64,000 nucleotides of DNA, taken from contig JAFRTE010000020.1 in the NCBI GenBank assembly GCA_017427285.1, positions 30,849-94,848 on the forward strand, written 5' to 3'. Numbering within the stretch: the stretch's first letter is position 1; each line of letters begins with the position of its first letter. Below are positions 45,189-55,720 of the stretch, one piece after another. Under the pieces are notes generated by a model. That model was given only the letters and a program-made list of their open reading frames with translations, was not told where the DNA came from and made no database searches. Origin of the DNA: Clostridia bacterium (GTDB taxonomy: Bacteria > Bacillota > Clostridia > Oscillospirales > UBA644). The position numbers were made by a program, and so were the translations under genes.

Positions 45189-46901
45189 ATGATAAAGCTT
45201 CTGCGTTATCTTAAAGGACACCGCGCTGAAAGCATTCTCGGCCCGCTTTTCAAGTTTCTTGAAGCGTGCTTTGAGCTTACCGTGCCGGTCATAGTGGCGA
45301 ATATGATAGACGTCGGCATCAAAAACGGAGATGCAAATTACGTTTTGATGTGCGGCGGCATTGTTGTTTTTATGGGACTGCTCGGCTTTGTAAGCGCGAT
45401 CACCGCGCAGTATTTTGCCGCGAAGGCGTCAATGGCTTTCGGAACGGAGCTGAGAAACGATCTTTACAGACATATCGCGTCTTTTTCTTCCGCCGAACTT
45501 GACAGATTCGGCGCGTCGTCGCTGATAACGCGTCTCGGCGCGGACGTTATTCAGACGCAGTCGGGGATCAATCTTATTCTGCGGCTTTTGCTTCGCTCTC
45601 CGTTTATTGTTGCGGGCGCGGTCGCAGCGTCGTTTATTATAAACGTCCGTCTTGCGCTGATACTGCTTTGCGCGGTGATATGTCTTTCCGCAACGGTGTG
45701 GATTATAATGAGAAAGCTCCTGCCTCTTTATACAAAAACAAGAAAGAATCTTGACAGAATAACCGTAAAAACGAGGGAAAACCTTACCGGCGCAAGAGTA
45801 GTGCGTTCGTTTGCGGCTCAGGACGGCGAAAAAGAAGAATTTGACGCCGCCGCGGAAGGGCTTTATACTTCGCAGATAGTTTCGGGCAAAATATCGGCGC
45901 TTTTAAATCCGCTTTCGTATTCGGTCGTAAATCTCGCGGCCGCCGCGCTCATGTGGTTCGGGGCGTTTTCGGTCAATATCGGAGACGTTACTCAGGGACA
46001 GATAATTGCGCTTCTCAATTACATGACTCAGATACTCATCGCGCTGCTTGCGCTTGCCAATCTGATAGTAATGATAACAAAATCCACGTCGTCCGCCGCA
46101 AGAATAAACGAAGTGTTTGACGTTTCCCCGTCGCTTGAGGACGGAAGGGAAACTCTCGGCGACGTAGAAAAAATAGAGTTTAAAAACGTTTCATACAAAT
46201 ATCCAGGCGCGTCGGGATATTCCGTTAAGGATATTTCTTTTACCGTAAAAAGGGGAATGACGGTAGGAATAGTGGGCAGTACGGGCTCGGGCAAATCGAC
46301 AGTTGCGTCTCTGATCCTGCGCGAAGCGGACCCGACTGACGGGGAAGTTGAGGTGAACGGACGTCCGCTTAAGGATTATACTTTTCGGTCTCTTCACGCA
46401 GCTTTCGCCGCAGTGCCTCAGAAGGCGTCCCTTTTTTCGGGAACCGTGCGTGAAAATCTTTGCTGGCGCGATAAAAACGCAACTGACGAAGAGCTTTTTG
46501 CCGCTCTTAAAACCGCAATGGCATCGGATTTTATAGGCGACGATCTTGACAGACGCGTTGCAAAGGCGGGCGCAAATTTTTCCGGCGGACAGAGACAGCG
46601 CCTGACGATCGCGCGCGCTCTCGTAGGACGTTCCGACGTGCTTTTGCTTGACGACAGCGCTTCCGCGCTCGACTACGCTACGGATGCGGCGCTTCGAAGG
46701 GAGATATCTGCTCTTCCCGGAAATAAAACGGTATTTATCGTTTCACAGCGTATTTTTGCGGTCAAAAATGCGGATATGATAATCGTGCTTGACAACGGCC
46801 GCCTTGCGGGAACGGGCACGCACGAAGAGCTGCTCGGGTCTTGTCCCCTTTATGCGGAGATATGCGCTTCACAGACGTCGGAGGTGCGGAATGAAAAATA
46901 A
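45189..46901 (+). CDS. ABC transporter ATP-binding/permease protein (type I exporter half-transporter)
   Basis: Six-TM domain followed by an NBD with GSTGSGKST, the signature FSGGQRQRL, and LLLDDS. Confidence 0.9.
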   Translation: MIKLLRYLKGHRAESILGPLFKFLEACFELTVPVIVANMIDVGIKNGDANYVLMCGGIVVFMGLLGFVSAITAQYFAAKASMAFGTELRNDLYRHIASFSSAELDRFGASSLITRLGADVIQTQSGINLILRLLLRSPFIVAGAVAASFIINVRLALILLCAVICLSATVWIIMRKLLPLYTKTRKNLDRITVKTRENLTGARVVRSFAAQDGEKEEFDAAAEGLYTSQIVSGKISALLNPLSYSVVNLAAAALMWFGAFSVNIGDVTQGQIIALLNYMTQILIALLALANLIVMITKSTSSAARINEVFDVSPSLEDGRETLGDVEKIEFKNVSYKYPGASGYSVKDISFTVKRGMTVGIVGSTGSGKSTVASLILREADPTDGEVEVNGRPLKDYTFRSLHAAFAAVPQKASLFSGTVRENLCWRDKNATDEELFAALKTAMASDFIGDDLDRRVAKAGANFSGGQRQRLTIARALVGRSDVLLLDDSASALDYATDAALRREISALPGNKTVFIVSQRIFAVKNADMIIVLDNGRLAGTGTHEELLGSCPLYAEICASQTSEVRNEK

Positions 46902-48645
46902 AAACATAAAATCCGACGGCGTTGTAAAAAGAATAATCGCGCTCGTTTTTCCTTACCGCATTCAGCTCGTTTTTTCTCTTGTTTTCGCAGCGGCTTACGT
47001 AGCGCTTTCGCTTTTCGCTCCCATTGTTTCGGGCAGGGCGGTTGACGCGATGGTTACGAAAAACACGGTCGATTTCGACGCGGTATTCAGATACGCGGTA
47101 ATTTACGCTTGTGTGGTGGTCGGGGCGTCGGTCTGTCAGTGGCTGATGACTCATCTTACAAACATTATTACTTACAAAACGGTTCTGAAACTGAGAAGAG
47201 ACCTCTTTTACAAAATAACCGATCTTTCCGTAGGATATATCGATTCACACGCTCACGGAGATATATTATCGAGAGTAATAAACGATGTTGAGCAGCTTTC
47301 CGACGGACTTCTGATGGGATTTTCACAGCTTTTTACCGGAATACTCACCATTGCGGCAACGATAGGGTTTATGATCTCAATAAATATCCCGATCGCGCTC
47401 GTTGTGGTCGTGTTTACTCCGCTTTCGCTTTTTGTAGCGTCGTTTATAGCCAAAAATACGTATTCGATGTTTAAAAAGCAGTCCGAAATACGCGGAGATA
47501 TGACTTCGCTTATAGAAGAATCGATAGGCGGCGCAAAAACAGTAAACGTTTTCGGGAGATTTGACGAGACGGCGGAGAAAATCGCAAAAACGGGGGAGGA
47601 GCTTCGCAAGTGCGGCGTAAGAGCGCTGTTTTTCTCTTCGATAACAAACCCCGCAACGCGTTTTGTCAACAACGCCGTGTATGCCGCCGTTGCGATTCTC
47701 GGCGCATTTTCCGCAATAAAGGGCGGAGGAATAACGGTAGGCCAGCTTTCGTCGTTTTTAATGTATGCAAATCAGTATACAAAGCCGTTTAACGAAATAT
47801 CCGGAGTAATAGCGGAGTTTGTGGGCGCAAAAGCTTCCGCGGAGCGTATTTTCGACTTGCTTGACGAAAAGAGCGTTGAATCGTCGCTTTCGGGCAATAA
47901 AATACCCGAAAAAGCGCAGGATATCGATTTTTCGTCCGTATCTTTTTCGTATTCTCCCGAAAAGCCGCTTATAGAGGACTTCTGCCTGTCTGTTCCGTAC
48001 GGAAAAATGATCGCGATCGTAGGGCCTACGGGATGCGGAAAAACAACCCTTATCAATCTGCTGCTGCGTTTTTACGACGTAAATTCGGGTGAAATACGAC
48101 TTGGCGGCGTTCCCGTAAAAGAGCTTGAGCTCAACTCTCTTCGCAGAAGCTTCGGCATGGTCTTGCAGGATACGTGGCTGAAAAACGGAACGGTCGCGGA
48201 AAACATAGCATACGGCAGAAAAAACGCAACGCGTGAAGAAATAGTCGCCGCAGCGGTGCGCGCTCACGCAGACGGATTTATTTCAAGTCTTGAAAACGGT
48301 TACGATACCGTAATTAACGAGGACGGAGACAACCTATCTCAGGGACAGAAACAGATGCTTTGCATAAGCAGGGTAATGCTTTCGCTGCCGCCGATGCTTA
48401 TACTTGACGAGGCAACGTCATCGATAGACACGATGACGGAGCTTCGGATAAGACGCGCGTTTGACGAAATGACGGAGGGTCGCACGAGCTTTGTTGTTGC
48501 TCACCGCCTTTCCACGATAACGAAAGCGGATCTTGTGCTTGTAATGAAAAACGGAAAAATCGTTGAAAAAGGCACTCACGAAAAACTGCTTGAAAGCGGC
48601 GGATTTTATAAAACGCTTTATGAAAGCCAGTTTGAAACGGAATAA
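46891..48645 (+). CDS. ABC transporter ATP-binding/permease protein (heterodimer partner)
   Basis: TMD plus an NBD with GPTGCGKTT, the signature LSQGQKQML, and LILDEAT. ATG 46891 overlaps the upstream stop (ATGAAAAATAA). Confidence 0.9.
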   Translation: MKNKNIKSDGVVKRIIALVFPYRIQLVFSLVFAAAYVALSLFAPIVSGRAVDAMVTKNTVDFDAVFRYAVIYACVVVGASVCQWLMTHLTNIITYKTVLKLRRDLFYKITDLSVGYIDSHAHGDILSRVINDVEQLSDGLLMGFSQLFTGILTIAATIGFMISINIPIALVVVVFTPLSLFVASFIAKNTYSMFKKQSEIRGDMTSLIEESIGGAKTVNVFGRFDETAEKIAKTGEELRKCGVRALFFSSITNPATRFVNNAVYAAVAILGAFSAIKGGGITVGQLSSFLMYANQYTKPFNEISGVIAEFVGAKASAERIFDLLDEKSVESSLSGNKIPEKAQDIDFSSVSFSYSPEKPLIEDFCLSVPYGKMIAIVGPTGCGKTTLINLLLRFYDVNSGEIRLGGVPVKELELNSLRRSFGMVLQDTWLKNGTVAENIAYGRKNATREEIVAAAVRAHADGFISSLENGYDTVINEDGDNLSQGQKQMLCISRVMLSLPPMLILDEATSSIDTMTELRIRRAFDEMTEGRTSFVVAHRLSTITKADLVLVMKNGKIVEKGTHEKLLESGGFYKTLYESQFETE

Positions 48646-48701
48646 TACCTTCAAAACGGTTTTATTAATTTAAATCGAACATATATAAAACGGAGGAAAA
48701 G

Positions 48702-49799
48702 ATGAAAAAAACATTTTCCATATTATTGGCGCTTCTTATCGCCGCGTTTGCCCTCGCTTCCTGCAGTACGGAAGGACAGTCAAACGTAGTTACCGATCCC
48801 GTAACAGGGCAGAAGATCGATTACGATCTTACCAATTATTCCGACAGCGACGGACTTGACGTCAACGGATTTTTCAAGGATATCACCGCTCTCGACTATG
48901 TTACGCTTCCCGAATACAAGGGTGTAAGAATTTCTGCGGAAGTCCTTGAAGCAAACGAAGCAGACGTTGAAGAGCAGATAGCCGGCATACTTGATGAATA
49001 CACGACGTATGATGAAATTACCGACAGAGCCGTTGAGGACGGGGACACGGTAAACATAGATTACGTAGGTTCCGTAGACGGCGTTGAGTTTGACGGAGGT
49101 TCAACAGGCGGAATGGGTACGGAAGTTACGATAGGCGTTACGAATTACATAGACGATTTTCTCGAACAGCTTATCGGTCATATGCCGGGAGACAGATTTA
49201 ATGTTTACGTAACTTTCCCCGTAACTTACGGCGTTGATTCTCTCAACGGCAAGGACGCGGTTTTCGACGTTACCGTAAACTACATTTGCGGCGATCGGAT
49301 AGATGCGGAGCTTACCGACGAGATCGCTGCGGATTACGGATTTGAAACGGTTGAGGATTTGAAACAGGATATAAGAGACTGGCTTGTTACCCAGCAAAAG
49401 TCGGATTTCTTTACGGAGCTTATCTACGAAAGCGAGCTTAAAAATGATGTTCCGCAGCAGGTACTGAGTTTTGTTGTTAAATCCGACCTTTCAAACTATA
49501 AATATTACGCAGACGCCTACGAAGTTACGCTTGACGAGTTTATGTATTCTTACCTGGGCTATGAAAACACGGATGTTTATATAGAATACAATATGGACTC
49601 ATACAGAAACAATGCGCTTTACTGCCTTGCGATTCAGGCGATAGCTGAAAAAGAAGGGCTTACCGTAACGGATATGGACGTTTCCGACGCGGGACTTTCC
49701 GATTATGTCGAAAGCTACGGTATGCCGTTTTTGAAGCAGTATGTATTGCAGACAATTACCGTCCCCACGTTCGTTACAGACAATGCGATCGTCGAATAA
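48702..49799 (+). CDS. lipoprotein, trigger-factor-like FKBP-type peptidyl-prolyl isomerase
   Basis: Lipobox LALASC after a signal peptide. The PPIase and C-terminal regions are paralogous to the tig product in this window (DGDTVNIDYVGSVDGVEFDGG). Confidence 0.7.
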   Translation: MKKTFSILLALLIAAFALASCSTEGQSNVVTDPVTGQKIDYDLTNYSDSDGLDVNGFFKDITALDYVTLPEYKGVRISAEVLEANEADVEEQIAGILDEYTTYDEITDRAVEDGDTVNIDYVGSVDGVEFDGGSTGGMGTEVTIGVTNYIDDFLEQLIGHMPGDRFNVYVTFPVTYGVDSLNGKDAVFDVTVNYICGDRIDAELTDEIAADYGFETVEDLKQDIRDWLVTQQKSDFFTELIYESELKNDVPQQVLSFVVKSDLSNYKYYADAYEVTLDEFMYSYLGYENTDVYIEYNMDSYRNNALYCLAIQAIAEKEGLTVTDMDVSDAGLSDYVESYGMPFLKQYVLQTITVPTFVTDNAIVE

Positions 49800-49820
49800 A
49801 AGAGCGTTTTCGGAAATAAT

Positions 49821-50915
49821 ATGAAAAAATACGATATTGCCGCTTATATCTGGCCGTCGTATACGGGAAAAGACGACAGGAGTCTTATTTTCTGGCCGGA
49901 CGGGGAAGGCGAGTGGCAGACCGTGAGGAACGCCGAGTCGAAATTTGACGGACATCTTCTTCCACGTATTCCTCTTCTCGGGTATAAAGACGAAGCGGAG
50001 AGCGAAACTATGGAGGAGCAAATAGAGCTTGCGTCCTCGCACGGCGTAAACGTATTTATTTATGACTGGTATTGGTATGACAGACGGCCGTTTCTCGAAT
50101 GCTGTTTAAACGACGGGTTTTTAAAGGCGAAAAACCGCAGTAAAATGAAGTTTTATCTCATGTGGGCAAATCACGACGCCGGATACACCTGGGATAAACG
50201 ACTTGCTGGCGGACGCGACGTTCCCGTCTGGCTCGGTTTGGCGGACAGAGCGCAGTTTGACATAATTGCAGACAGAGTGACGCAGCGCTATTTCAGTCTG
50301 CCCGAGTATTATTTGACCGACGGGAAGCCCGTATTTGCGATATACGATATAGACAATCTTATAAACGGGCTCGGAGGGATCGAAAATACAAAATCCGCCC
50401 TCGACTCTTTCAGGGAAAAAGCCGTAAAGGCGGGACATAAGGGACTGAATCTTCAGCTTATACTCTGGGGCGAACGCATCCACAATTTTTCCGGCATTGA
50501 CAAAAAATGGATGTATTCAAGCGAAATTGCAAAAACTCTCGGGTTTGACAGCGTTACAAACTATCAGTACGTCCATTTCGTCGATATAGACAGAGATTAT
50601 TGCGACGTGATGAAGGATGTTGAAGCGTGCTGGGAAAAATTTGCGTCGTTTGGCTTAACGTATTATCCGCACGTCTCTCTCGGATGGGATAATAACCCGA
50701 GGTTTAACTCTTTTCGCGGCGGAATTCTGAAAAACAATACCCCCGAAAACATTGAAAAAGCGCTTGTAGCGGCGAAGGATTTTGCGGACAGACACGGAGT
50801 AGGCCTAATAACCGTAAACAGCTGGAACGAGTGGACGGAGATGAGCTATCTTCTTCCCGATAACGTTTACGGCACGGGCTACCTTGACGCTATAAACCGC
50901 GTGTTCAACGAATAA
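49821..50915 (+). CDS. glycoside hydrolase family 99-like / WbsX family protein
   Basis: GEWQTVRNA..KFDGHLLPRIP.LGY...HGVNVFIYDWYWY matches the WbsX-family N-terminal pattern as I remember it. Confidence 0.55.
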   Translation: MKKYDIAAYIWPSYTGKDDRSLIFWPDGEGEWQTVRNAESKFDGHLLPRIPLLGYKDEAESETMEEQIELASSHGVNVFIYDWYWYDRRPFLECCLNDGFLKAKNRSKMKFYLMWANHDAGYTWDKRLAGGRDVPVWLGLADRAQFDIIADRVTQRYFSLPEYYLTDGKPVFAIYDIDNLINGLGGIENTKSALDSFREKAVKAGHKGLNLQLILWGERIHNFSGIDKKWMYSSEIAKTLGFDSVTNYQYVHFVDIDRDYCDVMKDVEACWEKFASFGLTYYPHVSLGWDNNPRFNSFRGGILKNNTPENIEKALVAAKDFADRHGVGLITVNSWNEWTEMSYLLPDNVYGTGYLDAINRVFNE

Positions 50916-50926
50916 AGACAGTAAAA

Positions 50927-50955
50927 AAACAGCAGGGTTTGATTCCCTGCTGTTT
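50927..50955. terminator. bidirectional terminator between convergent genes
   Basis: 11-bp stem AAACAGCAGGG/CCCTGCTGTTT. Confidence 0.75.
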
Positions 50956-50971
50956 GCGCTATATGTTTTGA

Positions 50972-52699
50972 TCATTCAACAACTTCAACAACTATAGATC
51001 TTGTTGCGGTATTTCCGTGACCGTCTGTGCCGGTGAAGATGAGGATCGATGTTCCTGCTTTTTGCGGGGTCAAAACCGCGAGAGTGTTGCAGGAGCCGGT
51101 AAATACGGAAGTATCGTAAATCCAGTATCCGTTTACGTTCGGAACGAGGATAAGTCTTTCACCTACTTTGGCGCGGATGAAATAAGACGCTTTCTTTACG
51201 CCGTTGAAGATGATATCGTCGGAAGTAAAGCTGCCGTCTTCAGATGCGGGGACAGGTCCGGGAACGGGTGCAGGTCCGGGAATAGGTGCAGGAGAGGGAG
51301 TTACGGTATCTGTAAGCATATCTTCGGTTACGGTAAGAATGTCTGAAGCTACAGGTCTGTAATAAAATTCACTTGAAAGAATTACTCTGTATTTATCTCC
51401 GGTCGAGGGAGCTACCGAGAGAGTTTCGGTATTGTAACCTACGTTCTGCCAGCTGTCGCCAACGTATTTCTGCCACTGATAGTTTACGGAAGTTTCTTTT
51501 ACATCGGGAGCGGTAAGAGTTAAAACGCCGCCCTTGGTATTGCTGCGGATTTCGGAGCCGTAAACGAATTTAAGAAGATCGCCGAAGAAATACTGATATG
51601 CAAGGATGTTTTCGCTGATATTAGTATCGGTAAGAGGACTCTTTCCGCCGTTAAGGATATAATAGAAGAGGGTCGGGTTCATTTCGAGGTCTTTGCCTCT
51701 GAGCAGATACCAGAGATAATTCGATCCGTCAAGTTCGCCGAGTTTGCCCGAGAAGAGAGAGTAATAAAGGAATTTCTCGGAGGGAGTCATATTTTCGTTG
51801 CTGTTGATGAAACTGTAGAAATAGAACCAGTTCTGGTTGTCAACGAGATTTGAAACGGTTTCCTGAGTAGCGGTATTGTTCTGATTCAGGAGATACCAGA
51901 AAAGCCATGAATCGTCGATAACGTCTTTGTTATAAAGTCTCATGTAGTAGTAAAGCTGAGGATTGTACTTGTAGAGGGAAGCAAGACCGGTCGTATAGTC
52001 GCCTGTCCAGAGGTTCCCGTACGCGGGTGAGGTGATGCTGTCTACCGTTGCGGTGGAGCTGTCTGCGGTGAAGGTAACGGTTGCAACGCTGATGTTGCCC
52101 GCAATATCGGTAACGGATACCATATATGTTCCCACTGTGAGAACTTTGTGGTTGATGGCAAAAATCTTTTTGTCTTTAATCGTTTTGCTGTCGGCAATCG
52201 TTCTTCCGTTTACGGCAATTCTGTCGATTCCGTAGTTGTCGGAAGCGGCGATCGATATAACGCCTATGGCGTCAAAGCCGTTTTGATATTTGGTTCCGGA
52301 AACGCTGAGCACGGGACGCGTCGGGTCGGTCATGAATTTAACAACTTTTTCAAACGTTGCGCTGCCCTTCTGATGAAGGTCGTAAACGTAGAATCTGAGG
52401 CTGGATTCGGTAAGACCGAGAACATAGGAACCTCTGTAAATGTAAGTGTCGCTGCCGATCTTTTTGAAATCGGAAGTTGACAGTGATTTGCTGCCTACTC
52501 TGATTATGCTTGCGCCGAGACCGTGAAGGGTGATTTCATACTCGATTACGGCGCCGGGGAAATTGTAGCCGTCCGCATTGCCGTTTATTATAACAACTTC
52601 GGGCGCGTCGTACGTGCCGGTCAACTGTTCGGCAAAAGCCGGAACCGCAAACGCCACGATCATAACGAGCGTAAGGGCAAATGCAATTGTTTTTTTCAT
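50972..52699 (-). CDS. secreted protein with aromatic-rich repeats, Pro-rich linker and C-terminal Ig-like domain
   Basis: Signal peptide MKKTIAFALTLVMIVAFAVPAFA, the linker PSPAPIPGPAPVPGPVP, and a C-terminal beta-rich segment that looks Big_2-like. Confidence 0.55.
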   Translation of the reverse strand: MKKTIAFALTLVMIVAFAVPAFAEQLTGTYDAPEVVIINGNADGYNFPGAVIEYEITLHGLGASIIRVGSKSLSTSDFKKIGSDTYIYRGSYVLGLTESSLRFYVYDLHQKGSATFEKVVKFMTDPTRPVLSVSGTKYQNGFDAIGVISIAASDNYGIDRIAVNGRTIADSKTIKDKKIFAINHKVLTVGTYMVSVTDIAGNISVATVTFTADSSTATVDSITSPAYGNLWTGDYTTGLASLYKYNPQLYYYMRLYNKDVIDDSWLFWYLLNQNNTATQETVSNLVDNQNWFYFYSFINSNENMTPSEKFLYYSLFSGKLGELDGSNYLWYLLRGKDLEMNPTLFYYILNGGKSPLTDTNISENILAYQYFFGDLLKFVYGSEIRSNTKGGVLTLTAPDVKETSVNYQWQKYVGDSWQNVGYNTETLSVAPSTGDKYRVILSSEFYYRPVASDILTVTEDMLTDTVTPSPAPIPGPAPVPGPVPASEDGSFTSDDIIFNGVKKASYFIRAKVGERLILVPNVNGYWIYDTSVFTGSCNTLAVLTPQKAGTSILIFTGTDGHGNTATRSIVVEVVE

Positions 52700-52845
52700 G
52701 TTCTACACTCCTATCTGTTTTGTTGTGTACTTAATTAAAGCGGGTATTAAACCATTTTGATTATAATATGCAAATTTGACAAAACTGTGTCGATTTTGAC
52801 CGAAAACGAGAAAAAAGCCGCAGTTTCAGCAAATTTTTAAAATAA

Positions 52846-54222
52846 TTAACAGCAAAAATCAAGAATTACCTGCGCATAAACCTCCGCAAGGGTTAAAAGC
52901 GCCTCTTCGGTGATGAATTCGTCGGGGCCGTGCATATTGCCGCAGACGGTTTTGTCGCTTTCGTCGGCAGGGCCGAAAGCAACGCATTTTCCGTCAAACG
53001 CTTTTGCGTATGTGGAGCCGCGTTCGCAGACGAATCCGCACGGTTTGCCCGTAACTTTTTCGTAGCTTTTTGCTACGGAGCGCATAAACGGACTGTCTTC
53101 GGGGATCCTTATGCCGTTGCCTGTTCTGTCGGGAACGTATTCCGCAGAATTTTGAGAAGCGGTTTTTTTCAGCTTTTCAACGGTGTCGAAGGCGTTGACG
53201 CTTATGGGCACTCTGCTGTCAAGAGATATTTCAGCGCTGCCGTTTTCGTAAGAGCATATCCCGAAATTGACCGAAAGCGCGCCTGAAAATTCGTCTTTGC
53301 AGTTTATGCCGAGCAAAGCTCCGTCCGTACCTTTGATATATTTTGCGGTAAAATCAAGAAAACTGTTTTCGCAGCCGAAACGGGCGTAAGTTTTTTCGAG
53401 AAGAGAGAGCATGTCGAGCACGGCGCTTCTTCCTTTTTCCGGAACCGAGCCGTGAGCGGAAATTCCGCGGCAAAGTACGGTGAGCGTATCGCCGTCATAT
53501 TTTATTTCCGGTTCAAGCAGCGTATCGGAAAGGGAAGTAACGTAGTCCGCAACGTCTTTATCCGCGCAAAGCACGCATTCGCATTTTTCCGCAACACAGT
53601 TTACCGCTCTGCCCCCGTTAATTCTTTTAAGCTTGATATTTCCTTTTTCGCTTATGTTTGCAAAAACGAACTTTCCGAATATAAAACCGAGTTCGGCATT
53701 GGTTACGGGGAAGCTTGCGTCGGGAGTAAGCGCGTAATCGGGCAGACCGTGGTCTTTAACGTACATGTGCATGTCTTCCATGCCGCACTCTTCGTCACCT
53801 CCGACAACGAGCGATATCTTCATTTTAGGCTCTTTGCCGGAATTTTTAACCGCGGCAAGCGAATACATTGCCGCAACTGCCGCGCCCTTGTCGTCAAGAA
53901 CGCCTCTTCCGTATAAAACGCCGTTTTCTCTTGTAAGCGCATACGGGGGCCTTGTCCAGCCGTCGCCAGCGGGAACAACGTCTCCGTGGGCGACCGCAAG
54001 AAACGTTTTGTCTCCGCTTCCGACCGAGATCTTTATAGCATAGCCGAGGTTTTCCGTTTCAAGGTCGAGGGCTTTTGCCGAAGACGACAAAACATCGAAA
54101 GCGTCCGCAACGGGCTTGCCGAATATTCCGTATTCGTCGGCTTTGCCGCTTACGCTCGGCACGGCTACGAATTTTGCAAGATCGTTTATCAGATTTTCTC
54201 TGTTTTTGCGAATAAAATCCAT
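52846..54222 (-). CDS. pepV: M20 family dipeptidase (PepV/Sapep-like)
   Basis: AHGDVVP, GRGVLDDKG and GGDEECG motifs of M20 dipeptidases. Length is 458 aa. Confidence 0.8.
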   Translation of the reverse strand: MDFIRKNRENLINDLAKFVAVPSVSGKADEYGIFGKPVADAFDVLSSSAKALDLETENLGYAIKISVGSGDKTFLAVAHGDVVPAGDGWTRPPYALTRENGVLYGRGVLDDKGAAVAAMYSLAAVKNSGKEPKMKISLVVGGDEECGMEDMHMYVKDHGLPDYALTPDASFPVTNAELGFIFGKFVFANISEKGNIKLKRINGGRAVNCVAEKCECVLCADKDVADYVTSLSDTLLEPEIKYDGDTLTVLCRGISAHGSVPEKGRSAVLDMLSLLEKTYARFGCENSFLDFTAKYIKGTDGALLGINCKDEFSGALSVNFGICSYENGSAEISLDSRVPISVNAFDTVEKLKKTASQNSAEYVPDRTGNGIRIPEDSPFMRSVAKSYEKVTGKPCGFVCERGSTYAKAFDGKCVAFGPADESDKTVCGNMHGPDEFITEEALLTLAEVYAQVILDFCC

Positions 54223-54224
54223 GT

Positions 54225-55685
54225 TTATCTCACTTTCATATAATCGGCGTATTTCTTTTCCCAGAGTTCGGCGTCTTTCGGGAGATATTCCTTAACGTCG
54301 CCGAGAAGCGTCCTTGCCTCGTCAATATCCTTAATCTCGCCTTTCGCAATAAGCTGAACGGCAATATTGCCGAGCGCCGTTGCTTCTACCGGACCTGCCG
54401 TAACTCTTTTTTTCGTAGCGCAGGCGGTAAAGCGGCAAAGATTTTCGTCTTTTGTGCCTCCGCCTATAAGGTGAATGGTGTCTATCCTGTGACCGAGAAG
54501 CTTTTCAAGGTTTTCGATATAAAAGCGGTAGGTAAGGGCAAGACTTTCAAGAATACAGAGCGCCTGCTGTCCTTTTGTCTTCGGCAGGGGCTGATTTGTT
54601 GCCGCAAGATATTCCTCGATCCGTTTCGGCATATTTCCGGGAGAAGAAAACGCGTCGTTGTCTGGGTTTATGTAAACGTTTGCGGAAACTTCGGTTTCAA
54701 GCATCCTGTCGATATCTTTGAAAGAAATGTCGTTTCCTTCTCTGTTCCACTGGCGGCGCGTTTCCTGAATGAGCCACAGACCCGAAATGTTTTTAAGGAA
54801 TCTTATTGTTTCGGCATAACCGCCCTCGTTTGTAAAATTCTCGGAAAAACTCTGATCGTTTATAAGCGGACTGTCGAGCTCAGCGCCGAGAAGAGACCAT
54901 GTTCCGCAGGAAATATAGCAGCTTTTTTCTCCCTTGACTATCGGGGCTGCAACAACTGCGGACGCCGTATCGTGTGACGCGCACGCAATAACGTCTACGG
55001 GTCTGTCAAATCCCGCTTCCTCCGCTATTTCGGGAAGGAGCTGTCCCGTAACGGTGCCGGGCATGCGAATTTGCGGGAAAATCGATTTGTTTATTCCGAG
55101 CTTTTCGATAAGCCCGTAATCCCAGTCGCGCTTTTCGGCGTTGAGCAGCTGAGAGGTCGAGGCGATAGTATACTCAACGCTCATTTTGCCGGTGAGAAAA
55201 TATGCGAGCAGGTCGGGCGTAAAAAGAAGGGTTTCTGCTCTGTCGAGCAGCTCTTTTCTGTTTTGAACAAGCGACGCGAGCTGGAAGATCGTGTTAAGTT
55301 TAACGAACTGTATGCCGGTGGACGAATAGATTTCGTCCTTAGGTATTATTTCAAAAACCTTTTCCATCATTCCGTCGCATCTTGCGTCACGGTAATGGAC
55401 GGGATTTTCAAGGAGCTTTCCGTCTTTGTCGAGCAGTCCGAAATCAACGCCCCACGTATCTATGGCGATGCTTTCGATATCTTTGTGGCCTGAATTGACG
55501 CACTTTAAAAGTCCCGTCTTTATCTCGTAAAACAGGCGTAGAATATCCCAGTAAATCGTACCGTTTACGTTAACGGGATCGTTTGAAAAGCGGTGGATCT
55601 CTTCCATCTGAAGCTTTCCGTTTTCGTAAATGCCGAGTATTGCGCGGCCCGAGGAGGCGCCGAGGTCAAAAGCGAGTACTTTCAT
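54225..55685 (-). CDS. rhaB: rhamnulokinase (FGGY carbohydrate kinase)
   Basis: N-terminus AFDLGASSGRAILG...EIHRFSN is closely similar to RhaB. ATG 55685 lies 8 nt after GGAGA. Confidence 0.75.
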   Translation of the reverse strand: MKVLAFDLGASSGRAILGIYENGKLQMEEIHRFSNDPVNVNGTIYWDILRLFYEIKTGLLKCVNSGHKDIESIAIDTWGVDFGLLDKDGKLLENPVHYRDARCDGMMEKVFEIIPKDEIYSSTGIQFVKLNTIFQLASLVQNRKELLDRAETLLFTPDLLAYFLTGKMSVEYTIASTSQLLNAEKRDWDYGLIEKLGINKSIFPQIRMPGTVTGQLLPEIAEEAGFDRPVDVIACASHDTASAVVAAPIVKGEKSCYISCGTWSLLGAELDSPLINDQSFSENFTNEGGYAETIRFLKNISGLWLIQETRRQWNREGNDISFKDIDRMLETEVSANVYINPDNDAFSSPGNMPKRIEEYLAATNQPLPKTKGQQALCILESLALTYRFYIENLEKLLGHRIDTIHLIGGGTKDENLCRFTACATKKRVTAGPVEATALGNIAVQLIAKGEIKDIDEARTLLGDVKEYLPKDAELWEKKYADYMKVR

Positions 55686-55720
55686 ATTAAAATCTCCAGA
55701 CATACAATATGTTTTTCTAT

